The position numbers and the translations under genes are program-made. The notes under the pieces are model-generated. The model was not told the DNA's origin. It made no database searches and saw only the letters and a list, made by a program, of their open reading frames with translations. Below are positions 51,214 to 64,000 of a stretch of DNA of 64,000 nucleotides, in pieces. The DNA is from Takakia lepidozioides (lineage: Eukaryota; Plantae; Bryophyta), in NCBI GenBank assembly GCA_030704615.1, contig CM060733.1:18662001-18726000 (forward strand), given 5' to 3'. The stretch's first letter is position 1. Every line of letters starts with the position of its first letter.

Positions 51214-52659
51214 CTCTCTCTGACACAACAGACAGCCTGCGCCCCACCTCCTACGAACCTGTACTTCTAAGGCGAATAAACTCCAGTCATATCTTCTCCC
51301 TGTTATCGTTATCTCTTTCTGTCGGTCTCTCCATCTCTTTTTATGAAGTGCTAAGTAACAGGCGGTACTTTTCTCATTTGGCAATGTGTAATCTTAAATC
51401 GCGAATTCCAGGTTGCTGCATCCTTCCTTTCTCGTGCGCTCATATCTAATTGCTATACAAGTTTCGCAGAGCATGTCTTCATTGCGACCATTGCAATTGC
51501 TGAGAAAATTTCCTTTATCTGCTTACACAAAGGCATGTATTAAGATATATGTGTCTCTCTTGCTACGTATGTGCATTCAGTTTCCTTCGTCACCTATTCT
51601 TGTGCTACTTTCATAAGAAGCATCGTTGAAATTCTTTCTCTGGATGTTTACTTCCAGCGTTTTCCTTGTGAGGCTCTCTGTTCCCCTCTCTCCTCTTCAA
51701 CAAAATGACTCGGGACAGAGAAAGAATTCAAAATGATTTAAAGTATTCCCTGCTCTTCTAGTCCTTTGACGATATGTCGAAAGAACTCACATCCCTCTAT
51801 CTCTCCGCGTCTTAGTGCCGCATCGACACACGGAAAACTCTCAAGCACAGGTAGAAATTGCCACTACAGCCCGCCCTCCCCTCTTTCCCTGTCACCAGTA
51901 GGGTCTTCTGCTAAATTCCACATTGGCTCTTCGACTGCGCTATTGAATTCTCCGAAATGAACACAACGACAGAATTCAGCACCTCTACAAAACGCGCCAA
52001 GTCCACAATTCTCCCCCCCCCTATTGCACACGTTGACTTCGAGTTACTACTTGTCTCTCTCTCCTCTCTCTTTCCAAATTCCCTTGCGAAATCCGCACAC
52101 ACTCCGTCCAATACCACCTCAGCCTCTCCCTGCCTTTCTGTCTCCAGCAACAATTCTAGTCTGCCTCCCGCCTCCAATCGCGCCAATTAACCAAGAGATT
52201 TCTCATTTCCAAACTCCACAGTCTCCCTTCTCACCACCTTCCTTCCTCTCTCCACCTAATACCTTCCTCCAGCACTTTCTTCTTTTTCCAAGATCGTCCT
52301 CAGTACATGAAGGCGGCAGAGAAAGAAATCGCGTGTCTCACTTAAGTATCCTGCTAGAGGCTACCAAACGCACTCTCTGTTCACGCTCGAAGCTGCTTCC
52401 AGGCTAGCCGCTAAACAAACTCAAGCTTCCACGTGCATCGCCTGGACCACCCCATCGTCTTCTTGTTCGCTTTTCCCAACGCAGTCGTGGGGTGACATCA
52501 GTCAGACGTTACAACGACTTTGTGCAATCCTCCCTCCTCCTTCCAACGTGACACTGTGCCTCATTCTTTCCTTCCTATATTTGAGCACCTTCTTCTTCTT
52601 CTTTCTTTTTTTTTTCTTAATTTCCTTCTTCTTATCTCTAGTTGGGGCCCCAATTTGCC

Positions 52660-53250
52660 TTATTCTGCCTTATTTTTAAGACCGGACAGGGCTACCTTCA
52701 AGTTCATGCCTCCGGGATTTGAAATAACAGCAAACATGGAATGGATACTATCCATTGCAAAGATCGGTTCTGACTCTACTACCGGCATTATTCCGGCAGC
52801 CTCCTGTCGAATAGCAGGGGCAAGTTGTAATACTACAATGAAGAAATGGATGCAATTATCTCTTAAAAACTTTCTCATTATATTGAACCAACTCATTAGC
52901 GCATTATAATGCAAGACTCTCTATCCATATCCATCATAGGGATAATAAGAAGTTTAAGAGGTAAACCAAGTGTTTTCCCGGAACGAATTGCGGCCCAAGG
53001 GGAGGAGCCCATCAGAAATCCGGAAAAACACGATACCCTTCATAATAAGAAACATTCTGCCACTGATGCCTTGTGGCAAAAGCTGTTCAATCGTATTCCC
53101 TAAGGCAAAAAAATCCATGGAGTCGGAAAGCCCACGTCGTTTTCCGGACAGGAAGATCACACTCAAATTTACAAAGGAAATTTTCCGCCAGGCTCTTAAG
53201 ATGCACACACAGGCTTGAATTTTTATGTCGTCTAACGATTCTCCAATTCG
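52660..53250 (-). pseudogene. Possible degenerate UV-damage endonuclease (UvdE)-like fragment
   Basis: Weak collinear resemblance only: ACVC..RRGLSDSMDFFALGN..GIVFFRISDGLLP..YPYDGY..NPGG; frameshifted. Confidence 0.25.
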
Positions 53251-53906
53251 GCACGATGGTGCGGGGTGGCTGTTTGAACTGGAGAAGTAGCGGAAGGTGG
53301 CAACCAAATGTCATTAGAGCCAAAGTACCCCCAAAAGGAAGAGGCTCTTATTTATGCTAACTTTAAAAAAATAAAAATAAAGGGGATGAAGCCCCGATAT
53401 GCTAACTTCGCTTGCCGTCATGCCTTTATCCTAAAGCTATGTCAGGATTTTCGCCTTTGCATTTTAGCGACACTTCTGACTCCTGAGGCACGTCTCACGT
53501 AACAGGATCTTTGCAAACGACTTGATGTCATATCTTCGCACCGGGTAGGACACCAATCATCGGGTTCGAACCCAAGACCTCAGGTAAACCCAATCTCTCG
53601 GGTCCGAATCCAGTGTTAAAGGCCTAAGGATCGTGCCTTACCCTATACAAAAAGTATATGTATGTACCGTGCCTGCCTACGTTATAAAACCACTCCTCTA
53701 CCGGTATCTCTATCTCTGCTTTGCTGTTTCCTAAGCTGCACGCCCCTAACTTAAGCGAAGACTTGTGAGGAAAGGCAACCCTCATGGAGGCACATTTTGT
53801 GTGTCTCACATGCCTCTACAAAGTGTACCATATCTGGCAAGTAAGGACAAGCAGAAGGACACAAGTCTGCAAATAGTGGATTCTGCGTAACCATCAAAGT
53901 GTGAAC

Positions 53907-54688
53907 CAGTGTTGTGCGGGTTCTGCCTTTTTAAGGAACAGGGTTCGGTTTGTTTTTTGGAGCCAAGTCCGGGTCTGGATCCGGGTTTTTGAAATTTGGA
54001 AAATCCGGGTCCGGGTTTGTCAACACGGACTCGGGTTAGGGTCCGGGTAGTTGCTGGGAAAAATAATATTAATTAGGGATAAAAATATTTATGGCTGGAA
54101 AAAAATTTAAATCCTATTAATGAATTTTATTTTAAGAGAAAATATACCATGAATATGTATTGCTCATTTAACACAAGAATTAAAATAGAAGTTTGAGTTC
54201 CATTTTCTAGTTTTTAATATCAATTCTTTAAACATGTTAAGAATAGTAATATGCCTCAAGGATAGATCATTATAGCATGGATGTGTAGGATCTGGCCTAA
54301 TAAACAATACAAGATGCCTCCTTTGGGAGGTGTAAATTATGGTCCCATAGGGCACAACTTTGTGACACCACGCAGTGGATTGAACCCACAACCGCTTTTG
54401 AGGTGGTAAGTAGCCATTACCACTGGGCTACATGGTGGGGCTGGCTGCTGCAGTGGCCTGTTGCTGCTCGTCCCCTCTCCTACCAGATCTAAGGTGGACC
54501 CCGCATGCCCCATCTAAAATTAAGACTCCGCTACATTGGTCCACGGGTAGCGGGTTTAACGGGTTCTGGACCCAGCAGGCGGGTTCGGACCCGGGTCAGG
54601 GTCCAGGTTTTTTGTGTCCGGGTTGGGATAACCCGGATCCTAACCCGCCTGGTACCCGCCTTCAAAAACCGAGACCCGCACAACACTG
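53907..54688. mobile_element. hAT-type MITE
   Basis: 15-bp TIR CAGTGTTGTGCGGGT; 8-bp TSD GTGTGAAC/GTTTGAAC (one mismatch); CCGGGT subterminal repeats. Confidence 0.92.
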
Positions 54689-54972
54689 GTTTGAACCCTT
54701 GTTGGCAACCAGTTGCTTATCCATCAGGGGCTAATCCACAAAAACTTTGATACATTGGCCACCCAATTCCTCCATCATGTCATTTTGAATATTTCATGCG
54801 GGTGGACCCAACCATGTAGGACCATGATGCCCACTTAGATCCATCTGGAAGACCAAGAGGAAGAAGGCCGGTTGGTCGAACGTGAGCACATGCACGCTGC
54901 TCATGTGAGCATAGAAAAATGAAAAATGGAGGCGTGAGCCCTAAAATTTATACGATAAATACACATATATTA

Positions 54973-55878
54973 GGGTAGGACAATAGGAATAATGTAAGAA
55001 ATGTACCGGCGATCTCAGACAGCACGACGGTCACTCAGGCTAATTCCCACTTGTGGTGTCACGAGTTTAATTCATTGAGTCCACATTGTTGAGCATTAGG
55101 TGTATTTAATATTAAATGTTGGTTTAAATATTGCATGCTATTTTGTCTTATTGATAATGAAGATTGTGCATATCCTAACGAATATGAAATCGAATAAAAA
55201 AGACAATCACCAATGATATAGGTATTAGATTATTTTTCAAACAAAATAAACAAATATTTAATTGAAAACATATATATTACCTCTCTTGTTGTGCTGAAGC
55301 TTGTGTACTGCAGTCCAACGTAGCAGCGCATCGGCGTTTGGTGCAGGAGTTAAAATAATCGAGCTCTGCGTTGTTGTGAGAATACTTGATCCGGTGGTTG
55401 TGCACACATCATTTTTGACAAGAGCAGTGGTAGGTCTCCCGGTTCCAATTGCTGATACATAGAATAGAATTCTCGGTAGAATGACGGAACTTGACTATCT
55501 TCAGATCTGTCCCCATCAGCAACCAACAATTCGTATCAACTTCTGTTTACAGGACCAATCATAGCTTGAACGACTACAACAAATGCTCCAATTTTGAATC
55601 AAGACACATTCAACATAAACTCTGAAATAGTATCCTGATGGATGAAGTGAAGGGTAATCGGATATTTAGGAATTTCTTGGATCTTTGCTGTGGAAGTTTC
55701 AATCTTGATGACGCGAGGTGAGTCTCTTGTTTGATTTCTTTCCCAATAGAAAATTGGAAATCTTGACATAGTTTCCGGACAAAGAATGTTCCCATTTTGT
55801 AGAATTAAGAAAGTTCTGTTTAGGTTTCGATGATGGTAACGCGTCCATTAAGTTCTTACATTATTCCTATTATCTTCC
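54973..55878. mobile_element. PIF/Harbinger-like non-autonomous TIR element
   Basis: Perfect 19-bp inverted repeat AATAGGAATAATGTAAGAA (54982-55000, 55853-55871) within ~28-bp imperfect TIRs beginning GGG; TTA on both flanks (54970-54972, 55879-55881). Confidence 0.7.
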
Positions 55879-55945
55879 TTAATATTACTTAATATTACAT
55901 ATTTATGGTTTGAAGTTTATGTTACTAACGTGAAATTCTTAACTA

Positions 55946-56171
55946 AGAGCACATTAGCTGGTAAGTGCACTGGGTGTCACCCTGGTGGTTCGGGGTTCAA
56001 ACCCGTGCCTGGAGTGTGGATTGTTCGTGACCGGTCGGTCCTGGTGGTGACGTTTCCACCTGTGTGCCTAATGGCTTATCTGAAAGGGGGTTAATTTTTC
56101 CCCCTCCTCAAGGGCCTGAGTTGTGAGCAGTCGCTCCCAGGTTTCCTCTTAGAAAAAAAAAAAAAAAAAAA
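55946..56171 (+). mobile_element. tRNA-derived SINE
   Basis: A-box-like TAGCTGGT, B-box GGTTCAAACCC (~55994-56004), poly(A) tail 56153-56171; no TSD found. Confidence 0.7.
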
Positions 56172-58669
56172 GTAACATATTCAGAATCTAAATTAAAATC
56201 TTCAAGGCAAATTTCACCATTGTTTGTCACCAAAATATCATAAATTGATCCATCAAAACTGTCACAACAATTCCTCTATACATGTTTCCTCTATACATGT
56301 CCCTCTGTACATGTACAAATTGGGGGAGATTATTTTATTACAGTCTCCGAAATGCAATGGTCAAATTGACTACACTTTTCACAGGTTATGGATGTACTAG
56401 ATATGCACATAAAGTATTAAGGTTCATCCCTAAGGATGATTCGGGGTAAGCAATTACACCATTATCCATGAGGGTATGCACTATTTTTTAATGGGCCCGT
56501 GCTCGTCCTTCTTAAACCTTCTTAAACCATAAGCCCTGCTCATATGCAATATAAATGCAAGCTGTAAAACTCGGAAAATATTACCAGCTACTGGCTATTA
56601 GTGAGCACAGACTGATTCAACCTAACCTTGTGCGGGAATCTCTACACTTGCCGGCTACCGTAAAAAACACTTGTGAATTCGCCTCAACCCACATTCGAAC
56701 ACTTACGTGCATTATTTGAGTGCTTCTTAAATGTTTCTTCATCGCACGTTAGCTCGACGGTCCATCCACCTTTTTTTTTTTTTTTTTTTTTTAGGTCCAG
56801 TTTGTCTCGTTTGTCCCTTTGTGCTTTTTCCGACGGATCTGCTTAGCTCAATGTTCGTCCTAGTCAACGAACTGACGTCGGGATATCGTAGCCAGGTTTC
56901 TGTCGGTCTCTGTTGTCGTTCGTTCGTTCAAGCATTGTGTGCATCGTGTTACCACCAAAGTGGTCGCAGTTGCAAACACGAATGCGAAGGAATTTCGTAG
57001 CAAACTGAAATCATACAAGGATTTCTCTGCTTGCAAGATCATAGGGCTAAGGAGGCCGATGTTTATTCCGTTCTGTTTGAGCTTCGGAAGGGGGAGATGT
57101 ATGAGGGTCGACTGGCGGCCATCCGTTATTGAAAGTGGAATCAATGTGGATAGGGAGTTGTTTTATTAACTTGGTTACGCCAAATCTCAGTATCCTACGA
57201 AGGGAAGGATTCCGGTCCAAATTGGTGCTTTTGTGTAGTCTGCTGTACTCTCTACGTAATGTGTGAATACTTGCTTTTCAGTTCTGTTTATTGAATACAG
57301 ACCATGAACCTCTGTCTACATTGGGACGTCTATGACACTATGGCTGCAGAATTAACATGTACGTCTCTTCCTAGTGGGGCACGAAGTTGCGATTGGCTGC
57401 TCCCTCCGACCAGTCACCTGCCACCAGCTTGAGAGCAGTTCAGATCGAAAGTAACACTCCTTGCAGATCTCAAGCAGGTGACTTCAAAGCTTGCAAGACT
57501 GGAAAAAACAGAACCAATTCAGATCATCTCGATACTCTGGAGAAAGAACCCAGATTTACGAGAATTTAACGAATTACAACCAAGTTCAACCAAGACTACT
57601 TCACCACCGGAGGAGTAACCAGTAAACCCACTCCACCAAAACTCAGCAGTAGAAAGACAGACAGTCAGTGATATTGGAACCAAGGACAGAGAAACCCACA
57701 TCAGAAACACCCCCCTGCTGGGATCTGCTCCCCCACCTTTACGACTACCCACGGACCAGGGCAGAGAAGAGTGGTGGGACTAGAGGACCAAAACATTTGT
57801 GAGGCAGATAGACAGACGCGACACTAGCCTCCATGTCTCAGCCAAGTCCAAGTTGTCCAAAGCTGTCACTGCCCGACTACAAGTTCAAGGGGAAAAGTCC
57901 AAATTGTTGTGTGAGTTGTCCTTGCGATGATCCATGTGACGTTTCTGAGATTCATCACAAAATGGGAAACATTTTCAACCAAGATCACCTATTCTCCGGA
58001 CCACGCAAATGCACCATTTTGCCCCCTAAGTGGCTTTCTCTTCCACTCTACTCTTGTTCTTCTGTCTTTGGGTTAACAATGTTCTAAGGTCAGGGAGGGG
58101 AGGATTGTCCAGGTTTCGAATGATGTATGCCCAAAACTAGAAGTTCATCTGTACTCCCAAAACCTTCCTAGTTCAGAGGGCAACAGTGGAACAGACAGCA
58201 GGTATACTGTGTTCTGAGTCCATGGTAGCATGGACTGTCAATCTAGTATGTGTGTTCCTCTCTTGTTGAGCCAGACTAAGAAAGCAATTGCTACTTATCA
58301 CCATCAACTAATGGAGATACCCGCACTCTTCTTTTTCTCTTAAATTCTCATGAACTGAAGTGAGGGTACTGTGACATCCACTTCTCATTCGCATTCCACT
58401 ATCAAGTATGAAACAACTGATGTGCAAATTTGTGTTCCAACTCCAGTAGTTCTGGATGTTCAACAAGTTTTATTCTTCACAAAAGGCCGTAATAATAGAC
58501 CATGCTAAATCCTAAAAAATTGGTAAGACTATGTTGGGAAAATTTAGAAAAGAGGTTTGAGCAAGTCTACCAACAATGGGACTTGCAAGAAACCTGAAAT
58601 GTGTGGCTAAATATTTCATAGGAATGCTATCATTCCTTCAAATGGGATTAACTCAAATATCTGATCACA

Positions 58670-61600
58670 TTATACAACAATGGGGTCCACATAACACTTT
58701 GTTCTATCCACACCCATATAACTCTCAGTCTCATAATTATCCATGTGCCTTTTGATGTATTTGTCGATTCCCTGGCACTTGTTACCAGTTAAGGCAGTCA
58801 GGACTGAGAGCGCAGCCTGGTCTTGGCGGTGGTTCCAGCGGTCAGACCCATCCGGGCCTATGCATTGCCTAGTGATGGAGCACTCGTACCAAGGCCGGAC
58901 AAGCTCTGTGTATTTGTGTAAGGTAAATCCAAAAACTGAAGCATCACAATTTCTTTGTTTTTTGATGCCTTCAGTATTAGCACGAAAATACTTCAGCTGG
59001 GCAGGGTGAGTCCACCTTTGTATGTCATCCTCTGAATTTCGGCACCCGAACCCACGAGCTGAGATCCAGTCTAGACTGTTAGATAAACCTGTTGGCTTGG
59101 CAATTCGACCACCCGCATCTATCCAGAGGACAAGGCCACGCTCCCTCACAACTGTGTTTGTGATTACTGCTTTCCAGGAATACTCCCCTGAAATCCAGCG
59201 CAAAACAACCATCTGGTCATTGCTTTTGTTTTCATGTCCAATCCGCATACATTTACAATGCTCTTTACAGGGAAACGTAGTATCCCAACCCAAACAACTT
59301 GATTCCACACATGGAGAAGGGCAACTTAATCAACAGAATTAACTCTTCAAGATCTCTGAATAAACTCTCCAGTCTATGCTCTCTTTCTTTCTCATACTAC
59401 CATTGTTGATACTTTGGTGACTATTTTCTTGGAGAAGATGCTCTGAATACTGGACAAGGCTTAAGTGATGGTGTGCAGGACCTGATCTAGTCCTAACCCT
59501 TTGTGCCCTCTCCTGCCTTGTCCCAACAGGTGCCGAGTCCATGGCCACAAATCTACAGCCAGCATGATCTAATTAATGATCACGTATTTCAACTAAACTG
59601 CCAACGCCTGCAAAGGTTTTTGCAGGCTGGGCGTATACTCTTGCCCTCTTATCTCTCTCAAGGTGGAAGCTGGAATCAGCAGCATGCCTTCTATTATGTC
59701 TGCAATAACAGGCCTTAACTCAACCTCAGTCAACACTCCAGTCAGACCGTAACTGGCTGTGCAGGACAAGCATTAGATTGAGATCGAATTTCAACCCCAT
59801 GACTGGCTCCAGCAGGGTTAATATCCCAAGATACCATGCCCCTCCAATGCACACCACAGCTCGTACTTGCAGGGGGTCTGTCTCTCTCTCTCTGTCGCTC
59901 TGTCTCTGTGTATGGCAACAAGGCTACGGCAGACAACATCTGGTGAGCACAATCTCTCTGTCTCCCCCTTGAAGCCCTCAGGGACATTCTTTCCTTCAAG
60001 GTCTATGGCAATTTTGGGTTGGATCTCATAACCCCTGGTAGGCTGAAACCCACCACAGGCTCCAGAGTAGTATCCTATAGGAACAATGCTCGGTGAGAGT
60101 ACGTCATAGCCAGAGTTTGAAGGAAATGGCAATGTGTACATTCTGTCTCAGATGCACTACGCCTTCTGGCCACATTTGAGTAGTTCTTTTGTTCTTTTTG
60201 TTTTGATGGTTCTCAAACCCTGCGGTTTGAGACAGGACTTTGGAGTGATAGACCAAATAATGCTAGACTGTCTGTACTCCCAATCTTTGGCAGGAGCTAA
60301 ATGTCTGGCAGCCTACCTGCACATCTTCCGGCATCATTTGATCTATTCTGAAGTGGTTTCTTGTAGATCTACTAGTTTTCTGCCCCTGAGGCCCCCCTGC
60401 GTACAATATGAAGTATCTTTCATTCTTCACTGTGGGCTTTCCTCGGCCCTTGTATAGGATATTTCATTTCTTTCCTCTTTTCTTTGTGTGTGCGTATGTG
60501 TGCATAGATGGGCTATTAATGTGCCAGATCAGTTAATGAAAGAGAGACATAAAGGAGAGAAGATAGTGCCCTTACCTTTGCCACCATCGTGGAATTGGAT
60601 CAAACTTGCATTGATCCGCATCCATACTGGGTAGGCTGAAAGATTGTATTGGCGAACTTCAGCAGGAACATGATACAAGTCATTAAGCTCCTGGATCACA
60701 CAGTTGAGGTGGTTGGTTTCGGCTGGTGTGAAGTCCTCCAAAGCCCAAACAACCACTGAGATCTTGTGTTTTGCCACACTTCTGTGTAACGCTGCCTTCC
60801 CTATAGACCTCAGAAGGAGAAGGCCCACTCTGTAATGATTTCTGCTAAAGCCTGTCACTATTGTTGGTTGCCATTTGGAAACCACCAGGACCTGCGCAGC
60901 GGGGTCATTGCCGTCCAAGTCCACCAAATGCAGACGGTCCCAAAACATTTTCTTTGTCCATTCTGAGGAAGCCTGCTGGATGTGGTTTGATGTCTGGCCA
61001 ACAACTAGTGTTCCACACTTCACCTACAACAGATTTGCACCCACAATGCTGTTACTCCTTCCCATTCACCACTCAACTCCAAGATTCATGCGCCTGATAG
61101 GCTTAAGTGACTGGGGTAACTCATGAATGCATTCAAGTGTTCAATCCAAGCAATGCATGATGGCCGTAATGTCTCTTGTTTGAACCAGTGCCTCCCATCA
61201 CCTAAGATGTCAAAGCCCCATACAAATTATTGAACTTCCATCAATTATATCTGCAATTCATCACCTGCTCAGGACTTAATCAGTTAATAAAGCAAACCAT
61301 GACCTTGACTCGAGTGTACCAAACATGGTGAACTTAACCGATTCCATGAGTTATCCAACACTCTATCACCAACATCGCCATCTCTCTCTCTCTCTCCCTC
61401 CGTCTCTCCCTCTCTCTTCAGTGTAGTTTTTCCTTTATCCACCTGACCGTCCTCAGTTTTTCCCTTATTCAGATGAACAGATAGATGGCATTAAATGGAA
61501 TGCTTTGACTAAAGGACACAATCCCTGGGAATTAGGGATCTGGTTTTTAAAGCTTCATTGACTGTAAGACCTTCCTCATGCCAACCTGAGACCTCTCTCA

Positions 61601-63139
61601 ATTCTGAGGGCTCTAGAAGGTGCCACCACATGCCAACTTGACTTCAATAAAAGGCTTGAGTTGGTGGCTCTTTAGTGTGCATGACCTCTTCACCTACACC
61701 TTTCCATGAAGGTGTGGGATGGACAGCCATGGCCTCTTCCTCAAGCAACACTCAGGTAGCTGATGGGTTTTCCTTACTACCTCATGCATTGATCTATATG
61801 CTAGAGCTTTGCAAGGCTCTTATGTTTGAGTGTCATTAAACTTTGCTCCACTTGGCTCCGGATGGGATCGGAGCAGGTGAGGCTTCATTTCTGCCTTGAT
61901 AGCTAGAGCCTAGGAGTGCCAACTGTCTAATGAATTTCTTCTCCCAGCCCTGTGAATGAGGTTTGGTTGCACAGCCTAGAGTTTGGAAACCACACGAGAC
62001 GTATCCTTTCAATACACTGGCTGATTCTTCTATAATATGGTGTTAATATCTATCATAGCTCTGAAATGCATGTGCTCAGCAGCTTTGGCTTTGGCTTGGT
62101 AGTATCTGATGTGGTAGTCTTGTTTATCTAGTGCCGCACGAGGTGGTGTTAAACTTCTCTGGCTGTTGGAGCCAAAAGGACTTAGTCTCTACTTCCCACC
62201 GACTCCCTGGCACGAAAGGTAAGCTGAAAATAAAGAAGAGACTGTAAAAGTATGATGGAGCCTGTTTCAGACAGCTGCTGTCATTAAAATTATTGGGTGA
62301 TTTTGTATGAATCAGACATATTATGTCTTGACATGACAACAGTAACGTCTCTCTCTGTGGACGCTTGTTGTTTCTCTTTGAACAATGTGTCCCGACTTTG
62401 AGAGGGCATGTAACAAGAGAGACAATACCTTCTCAGAGGCAGGCGCATCTCGAAAGCTTCGGCACTCCGCAGATGGCCCGAGCGAATCCCTCACCATTTT
62501 GCACACAAGTGAGGTGTAATCGACCCCCACAAAAGCTCCTGGCAAATCAGGCTCGACTTCAGCGTCCCTCCCTGCCACCTTCAACACTGCCTGGAAGAGT
62601 CTGTGAATAAGTGTGAAAGGAAGGGCCCCAGCGTTCGGCAAGTCAGTATCATCTCCAATTGTCACCAACAGACAGACTGCATACGATTTTATGCTTGAAT
62701 TCACTCCCTTCAGTCCCACTGTAGCTGGCTTGTGGAAAATTTTGGTCAGAGGAAGCTCAACTTCAGAAAAGAATTGTGGGTCACGCAGGCCAACGACCGA
62801 GAGCCTTTCTCCCCATGATTGTGCCGAAAAGGCGGTTTTACTTAAAACAACAAGTGCCAAAACTACAAACATCAACAGTATGGTAGCCCGCGCCGGCGTG
62901 AAGAAGGCCTTCCCGAACGTTCTGGCTATGGTGGAACCCCCTGTAACTTTCGCCCACACTGAATTCGAAAGATTGTTGGCCACGGTGGAAGCCGTCGTAA
63001 ATCTTGCCCACGCATCCTTCGCAAAGCTGGCGGTCATGGTGGAACCCTCTCTGTGTGGGTCTAAGGTTGCAGTCCATCTCAGTGGCACTGCTGGCCTGGG
63101 GTCATTCCGTCCCCCGCAAGTCTCCCTCTCTTCACCCAT
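58670..63139 (-). CDS. DUF1647-like type II membrane protein (putative GT-A glycosyltransferase). Exons approx. 63139-62429, possible ~62260-62130, 61023-60576, 59187-58670
   Basis: TM helix ILLMFVVLALVVL; TIVTGFSRNHY, YPVWM, G/EYSWKAVI, VLWIDAG, WTHP, WYECS..CIGPDGS..NHRQDQAALSVL. The 60576/59187 junction is in frame; the middle exon is uncertain. Confidence 0.78.
59340..60400 (-). mobile_element. Highly decayed LINE remnant in an intron
   Basis: Fragmentary ICGHGL..QERAQRV resembling the LINE ORF2 C-terminus; many stops. Confidence 0.35.
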
Positions 63140-64000
63140 AAAGAAAAATTCAAGAGAACCAGGGATTTGTTTTACTCACCCTTCCTCATGTCAATCTTGA
63201 AAAACCCACAAGTCTAAACTTCTCAGCCTCTTCTCAGTCAGACTGTTTGCAACCCCACAGCGCCATAGCTGATCATCCCTCGCTAAATGCGACTGCACTG
63301 AAAAATCTAAAAATTGAAACATCGAACTACATCAACTCAAATTCCACTCCAATGCAAAACTCACAGCATCGCAGTGAGCAACCACAGATTGAATCACCAC
63401 ATGGAGTCCGAGAAACGTAGCAAAGACCAGAATGAACTGGAAGATCTCCACACATTCAAGCTCTTGGGAACTTGAAACGAGTATTGCCAGATGGCCAGCT
63501 TGACTGCTAGGACGGGAAACAGTTTTCCACGCGTGCTGATTCTTCTTTCAACGAAAGCCCCGCTTTGAATATTGTACGCGCCCACCCATGCCCTGTCGGA
63601 TCCTCGGATAAATCTGGCCATGGCAGCTGTTCCCATGATTAGTGTTAGTGGCCATGAACACAATACATGCCGTAAGCAGGTCGAGAAGTCCAACGTTCGA
63701 CGTATTAACACGCTGATTCATACACATCATGCGAGTCAGCAAATCTGTTCTTTGTTGGAGGCAGGCGAGTCAATACCCACTATCTATGAGACAACTAAGA
63801 TTCTGCATATTCTCGTAGGTGTATTCTCATATTCTCTTTGAAATTAAGATGGGCCTTAATTTTGGAGTTTCGATTCTTCAGCCGCTTCGTGCACTTACCC
63901 TTTGGCACATTTGGAAAGTAAGATGTGCATCATGGTTTGAAGGTAAGTTCCGGTAGGGAGTATGGCTGAAGGCTATAGATGAAGCCGCACTTGGTTTTTG

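Noticed and set aside
51766-52407. Overlapping ORFs upstream of the GT77 gene
   Set aside because: CT/GA-rich low-complexity sequence, more consistent with a 5' UTR or promoter.
53548-53630. Possible tRNA gene (GGTTCGAACCC)
   Set aside because: B-box only; I could not fold a cloverleaf. Probably a SINE relic.
56771-57230. Poly(T)22 with adjacent ORFs as a retrocopy
   Set aside because: No TSD or recognisable protein motif found.
62613-63200. 195-aa plus-strand ORF
   Set aside because: Antisense to exon 1 of the DUF1647-like gene.
63394-63841. Short ORFs at the window end
   Set aside because: No motif or splice support visible.

Overview
Intron-rich, transposon-dense eukaryotic nuclear DNA, most likely from a non-seed land plant; this is inferred from the ELIP, ABC1 kinase, GT77 and DUF1647-type genes and from the Tcn1-like chromovirus, CRE-like LINE and half-tRNA-primed copia. 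Four host genes lie on the minus strand: ELIP (5176-6192), an ABC1/UbiB atypical kinase (8468-14403), a GT77 nucleotide-diphospho-sugar transferase (49016-51213) and a DUF1647-like membrane protein (58670-63139). The centre of the window is a four-level nest. A CRE-like non-LTR retrotransposon (about 16650-46600, minus) is split by a CACTA MITE and by a Ty3/gypsy chromovirus (18065-44341, TSD ATCGA). The chromovirus 5' LTR is itself split by a ~21.6-kb DNA transposon (about 18330-39956), and two hAT MITEs sit inside that. The giant element has 16-bp terminal/subterminal inverted repeats and a decayed Sola-like DDE transposase on the plus strand. Its divergently transcribed cargo comprises a ParB-like protein with a degenerate amino-methyltransferase-like tail, two FCP1/SCP-type HAD phosphatase-like domains and a repeat that reads PMYPSASPMSRP. 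At least 16 copies of a fixed-spacer palindrome, ACTTCG-N10-CGAAGT, occur in its introns and promoter repeats. This ParB-like protein plus dispersed palindromic operator inside a giant transposon is the best candidate for an undescribed system. All domain assignments are by motif recognition by eye; no database search was run.
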